A DNA stretch of 63,049 bases, filler included, from Octopus bimaculoides (Eukaryota): assembly GCF_001194135.2 (NCBI RefSeq). It is 3 parts of 3 records of this genome, joined end to end, with 100 filler letters (N's around TTAATTAATTAA, not from the genome) between each part and the next. Parts side by side here need not be neighbours in the genome. Positions count along the whole stretch, not along the records: positions 1 to 29,828 come from NC_068987.1; 2 more parts are not named here. One strand, given 5' to 3'. Position 1 is the first letter of the stretch. Each line of letters begins with the position of its first letter. The position numbers and the translations under genes are program-made. The notes below the pieces were generated by a model. That model had not been told where the DNA came from and made no database searches. It worked only from the letters and a program-made list of their open reading frames with translations. Shown piece after piece: positions 1 to 11,749 of the stretch.

Positions 1-64
1 TGTACTTATTCCACGTCCTCGTGTTGTTTTTTCGTGTTTTTTCTTGGTTGTTCATGTTGAAATT

Positions 65-67
<3 letters not shown>

Positions 68-107
<40 letters not shown>
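68..107. repeat. (TA)n microsatellite
   Basis: Pure TA run; representative of many such runs in the window. Confidence 0.95.
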
Positions 108-114
<7 letters not shown>

Positions 115-526
115 CTACATACATGCATATTTAACACTGACATACGCACACACACACGTATTGATATTTTTCCCGGGGCAAGTGTTCTAGTAAAAACACC
201 ACCACTCACTTTGTGACAGATAGAGCAGAGGTTATTCAAGGCAGATTAATCAACCGATCGGCGATTTTCCGACTTTTCATATGCTAAATGTTGTTCGCTA
301 TTTTAGCGAGTTTTTTCCGTATATTTCGTAAATGACATCAATCATTACTGAAATCTGTCGACAGTAATAAAATGGCGGGATGTAATAAATTCTGTGACGT
401 TCGGGATTGAGCATGCGCAGAGGTGTGCTCCCGAGCCATGAGGAATAAAAGAAAAGCTGGTGTTTAAATGGGTTTCTAAAATACAGAAATATACCTCAAT
501 GTTTTACTTTTTAGAGTCATTGGACA

Positions 527-529
527 ATG

Positions 530-560
<31 letters not shown>

Positions 561-582
561 GTATGTATGTATGTATGTATGC

Positions 583-637
<55 letters not shown>
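527..637. repeat. Compound (GTAT)n/(ATCT)n tetranucleotide microsatellite
   Basis: Directly visible tandem units; source of spurious MYVC/LSIY ORFs. Confidence 0.95.
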
Positions 638-680
638 AGTTTGGTAATTCAAACAGTGAAACAGAATATATATACATACA

Positions 681-786
681 AGCACAGGGGTGACTGTGTG
701 GTAAGTAGCTTGCTTCCCAACCATATGGTTCCGGGTTCAGTCCCACTGCGTGGCACCTTGGGCAAGTGTCTTCTATTATAGCCTCG
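681..786 (+). mobile_element. tRNA-derived SINE family A, 5' part (truncated)
   Basis: GTGACTGTGTGGTAAGTAGCTTGCTTCCCAACC...GGTTCAGTCCC head with A/B-box-like motifs; matches copies at 4158, 32806, 52036, 56685. Confidence 0.85.
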
Positions 787-1689
787 TAGCTATCATTGTA
801 CTATCTTCTTGTATTGATAATATACACTCTAACCGTTTGAATTTGGCGCTGCTTATCAACGGTTTCCTATTCTCATTTACTATTACGAAGCAAATTATCT
901 CTTTAGCCCTGAGTGGTCTATCAGTTGGAAGGTGGAATGGTACAAACTCAGGTGGCAGGTTCTAAGCCAGGCGGCGTATAATTACGTCGACCAATTTAAA
1001 GCATGTACATTGCGTGTGTAAATTTACGTCAACCGTTTTAAGAGCGTTAATCGCAGAAATTACAAAGTGACTCAACGACCAAGAGTTTCGTGTATAGTAG
1101 CACTTATTAGTGATATGCATGCGTTGATATGCATACACACACACGCACACACACACCACCTATACATATGCATAACTAAAAGTAAAGAATGAAAAGAAAG
1201 CAGAAAAAAGTACAGATAAAGAGAAACTGAATGCTTTTGTTAAATCATTTTGTAGATTCCGTGATTTGGAAGATCAAGTTTATGGTTAAAGGATCCATGA
1301 AAATAAATTAATCCTCTAGTATTGGTAGCCTTTTAAAGACTGATAATTTTTGCATTGGAAGTCAGACTCTCCAACACAATTCGATGAGTGCATTCTTTAT
1401 TGTGTGTGGTTGAAAAAAGGAAGAGAAGGCCTTCGTATCTGTGTAACGCGTCTCTTTAAACTGTCTTGTTTATTGTCAATAAATAACATTGTAAATGGAA
1501 TTAAAGGGTTTCTTAGAAACCTCCTTCAACCAGAGTAAGTCTTGATTATCACCTCACTGATATGTGCTACTTGATCACCTGCTGAAATATTTAAATATCA
1601 GAGTTTTGTATCGACGAAACCTTATGACTTCTCAACCCCAACTGACGTCGTTTTGTGAAGTATTTGTTTTCTGGTGTTTACATTGTTGC

Positions 1690-2059
1690 TTTGTGTGTGT
1701 GTATGTGTGTGTATGTGTGTATGTGTGTGTGTGTGTGTGTGTGCGTTTCTATACACACATACGTACGTGCAAATTAATATATTTATATATATGTACGTAT
1801 GTACACACGCACTTGTATAGATACAGATATATGTACGTATATATATATATATATATATATATACATACATACGTGTGTTCATGTTTGTGTGTGTGTGTGA
1901 GAGCGTGTGTATGTGTATGTGTGTATGTGTGTGTGTATGTATGTTCATGTTTATGTGTGTATAAATATATACACACGCACATATATATGCAAATATATAT
2001 GCATATACAAATATACAGATACATATATAAGTAATTGTATATTTACTATGTATGTGTGT

Positions 2060-2100
<41 letters not shown>
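1690..2100. repeat. Compound (TG)n/(TA)n/(CA)n microsatellite tract
   Basis: Directly visible dinucleotide runs. Confidence 0.9.
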
Positions 2101-2101
<1 letters not shown>

Positions 2102-2363
2102 TTATATGTCAAGCTCTGTTATCAATACCCACCGGGATCTCTCTTCACTGATAACATTATAAATCTCTCATACTAAAAGATATAAAAAATATTTATAACA
2201 AGGAAACGTAACGAGAGATAATTTCGGTATATTTATCTTCTCATAGCATTTAGATCATATTGTAAGCGCTAACTGCTTAACATAAGATCGAACAGCGATA
2301 CCTCGACTATATATAAGACTCCAAGTGTATGTGATGTTTCGATTACAATTATTTTTGTTACTA

Positions 2364-2578
2364 AAGGCGGCGAGCTGGCAGAACCGTTAGCAGGTCAGGC
2401 GAACTGCTTAACTATATTTCGCCTGTCTTTACGTCCTGAGTTCGAATTCCGCTGAGGTTGACTTTGCCTTTCAACCTTTCGAGGTCGATAAATTAAGTAC
2501 CGGTTGCGTACTGGGGTCGATCTAATCGACTGGCCCCCTCCCACAAAATTTCTGACCTTGTTCCTGGAGTAGAAAAAA
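2364..2578 (+). mobile_element. tRNA-derived SINE family B
   Basis: AAGGCGGCGAGCTGGCAGAA head, B-box GAGTTCGAATTCC, body GGGGTCGATCTAATCGACTGGCCCCCTCC; more than 10 related copies in window. Confidence 0.9.
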
Positions 2579-2697
2579 CTCTGTGGACATGCTGGAACAA
2601 CGCTTTGAAGTGTTTAAGTAGAATATTCTGTTGTATGACTTCGTTAGGAAAGATTAAATGAAGGGAGACGCTTTCATTATTTTTTTTTGTTTATTGA

Positions 2698-2815
2698 AAG
2701 GGGCGGCAATTGGCAGAATCGCAAGAGCACCGGAGAAAAACGGTCTGGGGTATTTGCTCCGGTAGGATTTGAACGTTCTGAGTTCAAATCCTACACAGGT
2801 CAACCGTGTTATTTT
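2698..2815 (+). mobile_element. SINE family B, diverged 5' fragment
   Basis: GGCGGCAATTGGCAGAATCG...GTTCTGAGTTCAAATCC aligns by eye to family B head. Confidence 0.65.
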
Positions 2816-3085
2816 TTTGTGCAGGTCCTNNNNNNNNNNNNNNNNNNNNNNNNNNNNNNNNNNNNNNNNNNNNNNNNNNNNNNNNNNNNNNNNNNNNNNN
2901 NNNNNNNNNNNNNNNNNNNNNNNNNNNNNNNNNNNNNNNNNNNNNNNNNNNNNNNNNNNNNNNNNNNNNNNNNNNNNNNNNNNNNNNNNNNNNNNNNNNN
3001 NNNNNNNNNNNNNNNNNNNNNNNNNNNNNNNNNNNNNNNNNNNNNNNNNNNNNNNNNNNNNNNNNNNNNNNNNNNNNNNNNNNNN

Positions 3086-3455
3086 CGCAGTACGAGTTTA
3101 ATTCGTTCCATGACCGAACTCGTCTTAGGATTTACTCGTTTTACAAATCAATTTCCCCTATTGAAATTAACTAAAATATAATTAATCCGTTCCAACTCCC
3201 GAAAGACCACTAAAAAATATTTTTTTTATGGGTTTTAAAACAGAAAAGGTGTAGTTACAAGCAAAATGACAATTATAAAAAAAGAGAATGCAAAAGAAAT
3301 ATGTAAACTGGTTTTATTAACAGAATTGCTTTAAAGATTTTGTGTGCTCGTACTGCGGATTTCCGCTCGTACTTCAAGACAAAAATTCGCACGAGTCTCG
3401 GCTCGTACAGAAAATTACTCGTACAATGGGGCACTCGTACTGCGAGGTTCTACTG
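3086..3455. mobile_element. Tigger/pogo-like (Tc1-mariner) MITE, left end in gap
   Basis: Right end CTCGTACTGCGAGGTTCTACTG followed by TA; left side CGCAGTACGAG (the inverted copy) emerges from the gap; CAGT..ACCTCG TIR type. Confidence 0.7.
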
Positions 3456-4157
3456 TAGAGGATTTTTTTAAAAACTCGGTCATAAAAATTTGGTGACGAG
3501 AAGAGTCGTTGACAGCAACCTCTGTGCCGACTAAAACATTATCTCAGTCAGACAAAGAGAAACATTCACAAGAACAGCGACATCAATAATCTCTCTGTTG
3601 CTACTTACTTTGATAAGAAAGAGCAGCGAAATCGTACTTCACGTTTATGATTACATACAATAAAGATAGGATCATATTATGATGCGTTGATGCTCTGATT
3701 ACGAATGAAAAATAAACCAATACTCCCAACTACGTTATATAATGTGTCACCCTTTTGGGTTTTTTTTTAGACGCTATGGTGTAGTTTAAGGAAGATTTGG
3801 TTGCTATTTCTAGCAGGTCGAGAGACCACACAAAAGGTTCTATCTTCGTTGTTTGATTTTTGTCTTTGCTGATTTCCATGAAAACAGACAGCTGCGACTT
3901 CCGATATAATAGCAATGGAAGTTTTTGATTGGTTAAGATTAGATAGCTGCAAACGATTGCAATTTTCGTCAGCAGCATGCAAAACTACATGAGAACTACA
4001 TTAAAAAAAAATCTAGTGAAAATTGGAAACTTTTAAGTGGTTAACAAAAAATTATACAAGGTACACTCTTTTTTTAAACACACCCTATCGTCATTTAAAA
4101 TCGAAGCATACATTAGATATTGCACATCTGGAGACATTTCGTTTGAAAAATATATGT

Positions 4158-4322
4158 AGGCACAGACATGGTTGCGTGGTAAGAAGTTTGCTTTGAAACC
4201 ACGTAGTTCCGGGTTCAGTCCCACTGTGTAGCATATTGGGCAAGCGTCTTCTGCTACAGCTTCGGGCCGACCAAAGCCTTGTGAGTGGATTTCATAGACG
4301 GAAGAAAGAAGCCTGTCGTATA
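4158..4322 (+). mobile_element. SINE family A
   Basis: GGTAAGAAGTTTGC...GGGTTCAGTCCCACTG...GGGCCGACCAAAGCCTTGTGAGTGGATTT...GAAGCCTGTCGTA followed by (TG)n. Confidence 0.85.
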
Positions 4323-4919
4323 TACGATAGCGTGTGTGTGTGTGTGTGTGTGTGTGNNNNNNNNNNNNNNNNNNNNNNNNNNNNNNNNNNNNNNNNNNNN
4401 NNNNNNNNNNNNNNNNNNNNNNNNNNNNNNNNNNNNNNNNNNNNNNNNNNNNNNNNNNNNNNNNNNNNNNNNNNNNNNNNNNNNNNNNNNNNNNNNNNNN
4501 NNNNNNNNNNNNNNNNNNNNNNNNNNNNNNNNNNNNNNNNNNNNNNNNNNNNNNNNNNNNNNNNNNNNNNNNNNNNNNNNNNNNNNNNNNNNNNNNNNNN
4601 NNNNNNNNNNNNNNTACATCGTCTAACATAAGTGTTTGTATCCTTCGTTGTCTTTTAAGATAGTTGGCTGTGATTTGGAGATGAGATTCGGCTGCTGTTT
4701 CTTGCAGGTCGAGCCACTACATATCGAGGTTTTGACCCTTATTCATTGAACTGCCATGCCGCTAGTTGGAGTCACCTTGACCTTTAGCGTCCCCCAGTTG
4801 CACTCACAATCTCTCACTCCTTGCTATAATTAATTTCAGTCTGGCTTTTCCGTGCTCCTTACCTTTCTCGCTCCCACACCTTGTTTTTCTGGCGGCCCCT
4901 CTTCAGTGGCGTGGTGTGT

Positions 4920-5078
4920 ACGCATGTGCAGACACACACACACACAGATGTCCACGCATACATGGAAATGTGAAAGAAAAAACCCCAAACGCACACAAAC
5001 GTACGTACATACACGCACAAGAGCATTTAGAAAACATGCGCTCATACACATGCAAAGACATAAGAACGCATGCATGTA

Positions 5079-5124
<46 letters not shown>

Positions 5125-5218
5125 CACGCACACACACACATACACACACATTCACGCACTGAAACGTATATAAACACATGCTTAAACGTACGTAGAAGAT
5201 ACAGAGTGTGTATGTATG

Positions 5219-5250
<32 letters not shown>

Positions 5251-5410
5251 CCCTTATGTATTTGCATGTGTATATGAATTTGTGGATGCTCTTTCTCCCT
5301 CTCTCTCTCTCTCTCTCTGCGTCCCCGATTTCTCTTGAGCGCGCATTCTTGCGTATATGTACGTATGTGTGTGTGTTTTCTTGTGTGTGTGTTTTCTTGT
5401 GTGTGTGCAT
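4920..5410. repeat. Compound (CA)/(TG)/(CT) microsatellite region
   Basis: Directly visible. Confidence 0.85.
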
Positions 5411-6141
5411 ATGTGATGTAGATGTGGGTCTGAGCATGCCTGTGTACCCGATGACTGGGTGAAGGATGGGCAGAAGAGAACCATGAGAAAGTGAGAGCGA
5501 ACGAGAGAGAGAGAGAGGGGGGTTGGGGTTGGGTATGATTAAAAATCCAGTACTAGAGGGAGTGAGACAGTGAGTGCACCTTGGAACGCTAGAGGACGAG
5601 GTGACTCGAACGAGCGGCGTTGCAGCTTAGGCGAGAGTGAAAGTGGAAGGAGAAAAGGAAGCGGAATATGTTAATTCNNNNNNNNNNNNNNNNNNNNNNN
5701 NNNNNNNNNNNNNNNNNNNNNNNNNNNNNNNNNNNNNNNNNNNNNNNNNNNNNNNNNNNNNNNNNNNNNNNNNNNNNNNNNNNNNNNNNNNNNNNNNNNN
5801 NNNNNNNNNNNNNNNNNNNNNNNNNNNNNNNNNNNNNNNNNNNNNNNNNNNNNNNNNNNNNNNNNNNNNNNNNNNNNNNNNNNNNNNNNNNNNNNNNNNN
5901 NNNNNNNNNNNNNNNNNNNNNNNNNNNNNNNNNNNNNNNNNNNNNNNNNNNNNNNNNNNNNNNNNNNNNNNNNNNNNNNNNNNNNNNNNNNNNNNNNNNN
6001 NNNNNNNNNNNNNNNNNNNNNNNNNNNNNNNNNNNNNNNNNNNNNNNNNNNNNNNNNNNNNNTCTCTCTCTCTACCTCTCTCTCTCTCACTCTCTCTCTC
6101 TATCTATCTATCTACTTGTCTGTCTGTCTATTGCTTTATAA

Positions 6142-6183
<42 letters not shown>

Positions 6184-6344
6184 GTATACACATATACACA
6201 CACACATATACACACACATACACGCACACACATACACACACATGCAAACACACACACACGTATATTACTGTTGTACTTTGGGAGGGTAATTTTACCAGTA
6301 GAAACACACGCACGGCTGTATTTCATTCGTTTTCATTATCATCA

Positions 6345-6480
6345 GCTAAGTTCCGCTGGGGTCAGCCTTGGCTTTCATCCTTTCGAAGTCAATTAAGAAA
6401 AATACAAGTTGAGCCCTGGGGTTCGATGTAATAGACTTAACATTACCCCTAAAACTGCTGGATTTGCGCCAAAATTTGAA
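6345..6480 (+). mobile_element. SINE family B, 3' half (diverged)
   Basis: TTCCGCTGGGGTCAGCCTTGGCTTTCATCCTTTCG...GCGCCAAAATTTGAA matches family B body and tail. Confidence 0.6.
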
Positions 6481-6964
6481 GTTATTATTATCTGCTAACT
6501 CATGGTGGTGCTCCAGCATGACCACAGCCACCTGGCTGAAACACATAGAAGAATAAAAGAATAACTATTTGACTAATGAAGTCATCAGCTCTTTGAGATT
6601 TCCTTGATCAATCAACCAGTTGATTCATCAGAATGCTTCATTAATTAATCAGTTGTTTGATGAAGAGATTAACGAATCAATCAATCATTTGCATAGTTAG
6701 AGTCTTGTCGCTAGAGCCTGTGACGAAAGATCTCTGAAGAACCAATAAATCGATTAGTCAAGCTATTGACCTAAGACTTGATTAGTTTGTCAACTGGTTA
6801 ATTGATAAGAACAAAAGTGCAAAGAAATACAACCAGTGCGTGTGCTTCATTGGAAAAATGTTCCACCCAAAGTACATCATCACCTGCTTCAGTACACGAT
6901 TTAAAACCAAGAAACTTGTAAATTTCTTTGAGTATTTGTTATAGTTAAGGCGGTGAGCTGGACA

Positions 6965-7041
6965 ATGTACCCTCCAGCCTTCATCGGGTGTCTTGAGGAA
7001 ATTTCGAACCTGGGTTCTCATTCCTCAGGTATTTCCCCCGA

Positions 7042-7115
<74 letters not shown>

Positions 7116-7186
7116 TCTCTGCCTGGAATTGATCTCGGAATCTTGGAGTTAGTAGCCCGCCTTCTTAACCATTACGCCATATGCCC
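6965..7186 (-). mobile_element. tRNA-head/hammerhead element (family H), 3'-truncated, left arm of inverted pair
   Basis: Reverse complement reads GGGCATATGGCGTAATGGTTAAG...(AAT)n...GAGAACCCAGGTTCGAAATTTCCTCAAGACACCCGATGAAGGCTGGAGGGTACA; stops before the GAAA of the hammerhead. Confidence 0.85.
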
Positions 7187-7259
7187 GTGGGCGTAGTGGT
7201 TTAGAGCGCGGACTACTAACCCCAAGATTCCGAGTCCGATCCCAGGCAGTGACCTGAAT

Positions 7260-7293
<34 letters not shown>

Positions 7294-7492
7294 GTAACAA
7301 CAATAATAACAACATCGGAAAAATACCTTAGGAATGAGAACCCAGGTTCGAAATTTCCCCAAGACACCTGATGAAGACTGGAGGGTATATTAGCCGAAAT
7401 GTTGTGTTAACAACAAACAAAATGAGAACAAATATCTGTCAAATGTAAATAATGTAAATAATGTAAATAATTCCTCATCTCTTAAATATAGA
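7187..7492 (+). mobile_element. tRNA-head/hammerhead element (family H), longest copy
   Basis: A-box-like GGGCGTAGTGG, B-box-like GAGTCCGATCCC, (AAC)n spacer, hammerhead motif, (AAATAATGT)n tail, end CCTCATCTCTTAAATATAGAA shared with the 55.3 kb copy. Confidence 0.85.
7363..7408 (+). ncRNA. Minimal type I hammerhead ribozyme motif (Penelope-type), slightly decayed
   Basis: GACAC-CTGATGA-A-GACTG[GAGGGTATAT]TAGCC-GAAA-TGT-T-GTGTT: stem I GACAC/GTGTT, one stem II mismatch, stem III ATGT instead of the ACGT palindrome. Confidence 0.65.
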
Positions 7493-8229
7493 AGCTGCTA
7501 TTTTATCTTTCTCACTATATTTATTGTTGTCAACCAACCACTTTTTTCGATCTTCATGTTGCTACGTCACCGACCACTCGACTTCGTTGTGATAACGATA
7601 TAGGTTACTTGTGTTACTATGACCCAACACAGCTTGACTCAGATTACAATACATACAAACCCGTGAATACTACTCGTACTCCGTCGGTTGCGACGACGAG
7701 GGTTCAGGTGATCCGATCAACGGAACAGCTTGCTCGTGAAACTCACGGGCAAGTGACTGAGTACTCCACAGATTCGCGTACTCTTAACTCATTAACTGCA
7801 AACTTTTTTTATTCACATCTTTTGGTTCTGCCAGGTATCTTAGGAGTTAGAATAATATATAGTGTTAAGATTTTCTTCATATGTGAATTATTTTGGAAAT
7901 TATGATAAATTTTTCGAAAAGTCCCAAATGGGGATTGCTGAAAAAAAAAAGGATGTTTTTCCTTTTCTATTCAATTGTAATAATAAACATTTTAGTTTTT
8001 TTAAACGCCGCCAGGGAATGTCAGAAGATACAAATCTACAGGAAGACAATTCTAAAACTACGATGCAGGTAAATGTTTTGTTATGTCTCGAAAATATTTA
8101 TATAAGCACCACTAATCAATATAACTTGCAAATCATTGTTTTACGGCATCGGCCAGACTGATGGATGTCGTTATACACCGCTCGTCACAATGCGCATTCA
8201 ATTCTTTTTTTGAATAAGCCCTTCTTTCC

Positions 8230-8420
8230 ATCTTGGACGAAATTATTTAACTAAATCGTTCTCTCATCGCCTTCCAAAGGGCTTTTTCAATCTCTTTGAT
8301 ACCAATTGGCAAGTACTCAGATTCACCTGCTGCCTGAGTCTCGCGACATGTCCGGCCCAGAAGAATCGTATTCTACGACCACGTCGTTCACTCTGCTCTA
8401 CTCTCGAATTATCTCGTTTC
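8230..8420 (-). mobile_element. Possible decayed RTE-type LINE ORF 3' fragment
   Basis: Minus-strand peptide RRIRFFWAGHVAR...KRLKKPFGRR resembles the C-terminal W(A)GHVAR...KR..GRP..RW motif of RTE-clade ORFs; motif resemblance only. Confidence 0.4.
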
Positions 8421-8966
8421 GGATATATTCTCGCAATGTCCGAACTTTGAAACACTCGTGAAAAATACACGACTTTACTGGGAAAATAACAACACAATCA
8501 CCACCACCACCACCACCACCACCAACTGCAATGACGGGGAATGACACTTGTTATCTCTGTAATCAATGACGCAACTCAACACAGAAGACATTAAGCAAAC
8601 AAATGCTTGCCATAAAAATAAACATTATAAGCATGACACGAAAGAAAGCCTAAACATTTTGCAGTACCTAAAAAGATTTTATTATCACACAGAACACTCA
8701 TGTATTAATAATTCAACTACTTGAAAAGTGAACACCTAGCATTTCAAATTCTGCTCAAATCAGACAGCGCAGTCCCTTTCATAATAGAAGTGATCTCATT
8801 ATGTATTCTATACAGAGATGTCACAAATGACATTCGTAAACTAATGGCAAACGACACTACACAACGAATATAGTCATTCACACAAAAAAAAACTGGTAAA
8901 AGGAAACAGTTGTATATACACATACACACGCAGACAGACACAGACATAGACACACACATGCGTTAA

Positions 8967-9192
8967 TTATTAGCGACGGAAGTGGTATTAGTTCAATAGA
9001 ATTCTGTACATCTTACTTAACGTGGATATACTGTAGAAAGCTAGAACATTGCGGTACATCAGTGGGCAGACGAAAAGCGTGAAGCAACGGCTGTGGAATT
9101 GCTAAATCTAGTTTTCAGCTTCCTTCAGCAACATCAGTAATAAGCATCAACCGTATGCTTAGACGAATCATTACCGCTTCGGTCGCTAATAA
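8967..9192. mobile_element. MITE with ~21-bp terminal inverted repeats
   Basis: TTATTAGCGACGGAAGTGGTA ... TACCGCTTCGGTCGCTAATAA (2 mismatches); no ORF; no clear TSD. Confidence 0.7.
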
Positions 9193-9459
9193 CGAAATGT
9201 AACCCAGCCCGCCAACAGCTTGCGACAGCAGTGATTTGTTAATCACTGTTTCTTTGGAACAGTAGAAAACAAATTCGTCTTATCATTCTACTGAAGTATT
9301 TTTGTGCTTTTTAGCACTATACGAGATACTTTCGTGAGACTAATACCACAAATTTCTGGCTGTATACAGTATATCTACATTAAATTATTCAGAATGACAT
9401 ACATACACACATATGTGTGTATGTGTATATACATGTATGTGTGTGTGTGTATATATATA

Positions 9460-9595
9460 TAACTGACCTCACCAACGGAGCCTTAATGTACAAATTATAC
9501 ATCAAGGCTACAAACATACCCACAAACATCTTAATTGGGGGAGGTAACCCAGTAGCATCCCAACGACTCACTCTATATCCTAAACAATTCACATC

Positions 9596-9647
<52 letters not shown>

Positions 9648-10330
9648 NNNNNNNNNNNNNNNNNNNNNNNNNNNNNNNNNNNNNNNNNNNNNNNNNNNNN
9701 NNNNNNNNNNNNNNNNNNNNNNNNNNNNNNNNNNNNNNNNNNNNNNNNNNNNNNNNNNNNNNNNNNNNNNNNNNNNNNNNNNNNNNNNNNNNNNNNNNNN
9801 NNNNNNNNNNNNNNNNNNNNNNNNNNNNNNNNNNNNNNNNNNNNNNNNNNNNNNNNNNNNNNNNNNNNNNNNNNNNNNNNNNNNNNNNNNNNNNNNNNNN
9901 NNNNNNNNNNNNNNNNNNNNNNNNNNNNNNNNNNNNNNNNNNNNNNNNNNNNNNNNNNNNNNNNNNNNNNNNNNNNNNNCATGCAATCAACACAATTAAT
10001 AATAGACGCATCTAAAAATACATATTTCAAAAGACAACAAAGAAATTACAAACCCTTTTACAAAACCGGAAATAAGCAACTTCACAAAAAAAAAAGAAGA
10101 AAAATCCCCAGAAAAAACAGAAACAACCTCAAATATAATTCATTAAAACCAAACACAACGGAAATAAAACTTAGCATCAAACATCTAAAGAAGGAAGTGG
10201 AAAGTATAAAAAAAGAACAAAAATATAAAAAAAACATCCATGGTATAAAAGAAAATTGAAAACATTTGTATTTGATATAAACTACAAAACGGACCGTAAA
10301 ATATTAGAGTAATTATCAACATCAGAAACA
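9460..10330 (+). mobile_element. Possible highly decayed Penelope-like remnant (interrupted by (CA)n and a gap)
   Basis: Peptide NGALMYKLYIKATN...GGGNP weakly resembles the PLE RT motif G.L.T..Y.K.TN; Lys-rich downstream stretch; hammerhead ~200 nt further 3'. Confidence 0.25.
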
Positions 10331-10533
10331 GCTAATGATAATAATATGAGGAACACAACATGCTGGAGTCTGTTGGGATGTATTTACACATGAATATTAA
10401 AAGTCGTCGTTTTGAATTGCGCTGTTTATCGTGCATATCACGATCTGTTATCGGTTGGATCATCGAACAGTTTTCTCGCTGCAGTTATAAAGAATCTCAT
10501 CAGCTCTTGTTAGATTCATTGGTCCGTGGGTGC

Positions 10534-10581
10534 TTTTGACTGACGAGATACAACAATGTCGAAACATCGGATGTCCCAGAA
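10534..10581 (+). ncRNA. Type I hammerhead ribozyme motif (distinct from family H)
   Basis: TTTTGA-CTGACGA-GATA[CAACAA]TGTC-GAAA-CAT[CGG]ATGT-C-CCAGAA; GUC cleavage triplet; one A/C mismatch next to the core in stem I. Confidence 0.6.
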
Positions 10582-11447
10582 TCATTTGTAATAATGAATT
10601 AAAGACATATACGCGTCGTATAAGAGAAGTCGTTCTCCCATGACTAACACAACAGTAATTGGCATATTCAGGTTCGGAGCTGCCGGACCGTATTGAGAAT
10701 TATTATACGACACATTCGTACTAGTTTAACCATCATCAATGTATTCAAAACTTCCAATTCCATTCTCTGTCACTCACTCATACTAAAACTAAACAAAACC
10801 ACTTTAAGAATCAATACAAAGCGGTGGCGAGCAAATAAACTGCCAGGCCACAAAAAGTGCGACAGTCCTCGTCAGTGACTATCGTCGACTCCTTAAACGT
10901 GTGACTTTAAGCCTTTGCTTCAAGATATTTTGCTCATGTTACTGACCATCCTGTTGTTGTTATGCTGTAGGCCTTTTTGGTTCTGGGAGAGGATATGAGA
11001 CGTTCTGGCACAACCGTTTTGGCATCGCTATTTTGACAATGACTTATTTAACATCAGACCTTTTAGTGTTCTCTCTCTCTCTCCATCTCTCTCTCTCTCT
11101 CTTCCAGTCTCTCTCTCTCTATCTCTCTCTCCATCTCTGTTTATGTAGAGCATATTTCTCTTTATGTGTATAAGGGAACGTGTTTATGTTAATCGCGTTC
11201 AATTAATAAATTGTAGTGTTTCTCTCCTTCCCTTCTTCTATCACTCTATCTATATGTGCTTACTTCTGCGCGCGCATGTGTGTGTGTGTGTGTGTAACCT
11301 TGCTTGTCGACTAGTATATTCCGTTAGCCATTTGTGAATGTATGCATAACTAGAATACAAATCAATGTTTACTTTAGTAAGTACGTATTTGTCCTTACAT
11401 ATACATATATTCATACATACACACACACACACGCACACACCCCCACA

Positions 11448-11479
<32 letters not shown>

Positions 11480-11749
11480 TATATGCATGTATCTTTATAT
11501 GTCTATCTACATGTGAATGTGACTAAGTGGGCGCTCGACAAACATATTTGGTTTATTTTCGTCACCTCAACTTAGTATCTCGGATATTTCAAGTACCACA
11601 CGTAAAGCTGAAGGACTAAAATTAATCAAAGGATATACTAAGTATGTCTACCTGCTGGAAATAACAGTCAAAACTCTTATTTCAATCGGCAAAATACACT
11701 GATGACTACTACAGAAATCAGCAGAAAGCAGATCAGGTTAATACAATCT

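Noticed and set aside
1-66. Possible end of a Penelope-type repeat at the window start (CCACGTCCTCGTGTTG)
   Set aside because: Only a vague recollection of similar repeats; no ribozyme or second copy inside the window.
168-192. CCCGGGG...CTAGT as a Helitron 3' end
   Set aside because: No convincing hairpin stem, unlike 50898-50926.
1518-1535. 18-nt microexon (TTTCTTAG|AAACCTCCTTCAACCAGA|GTAAGT)
   Set aside because: Good splice motifs but expected by chance in 63 kb of AT-rich DNA; no partner exons on this strand in block 1.
6590-6635. Minus-strand CTGATGA followed by a small stem
   Set aside because: GAAA is not adjacent to stem II, so no hammerhead can be drawn.
7189-7260. Family H, A and B heads as real tRNA genes
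   Set aside because: No intact acceptor stem or cloverleaf, no poly-T terminator, and they continue into repeat bodies; these are SINE-type heads.
10830-10880. Minus-strand CTGACGAGGAC as a hammerhead
   Set aside because: No GAAA after the putative stem II.
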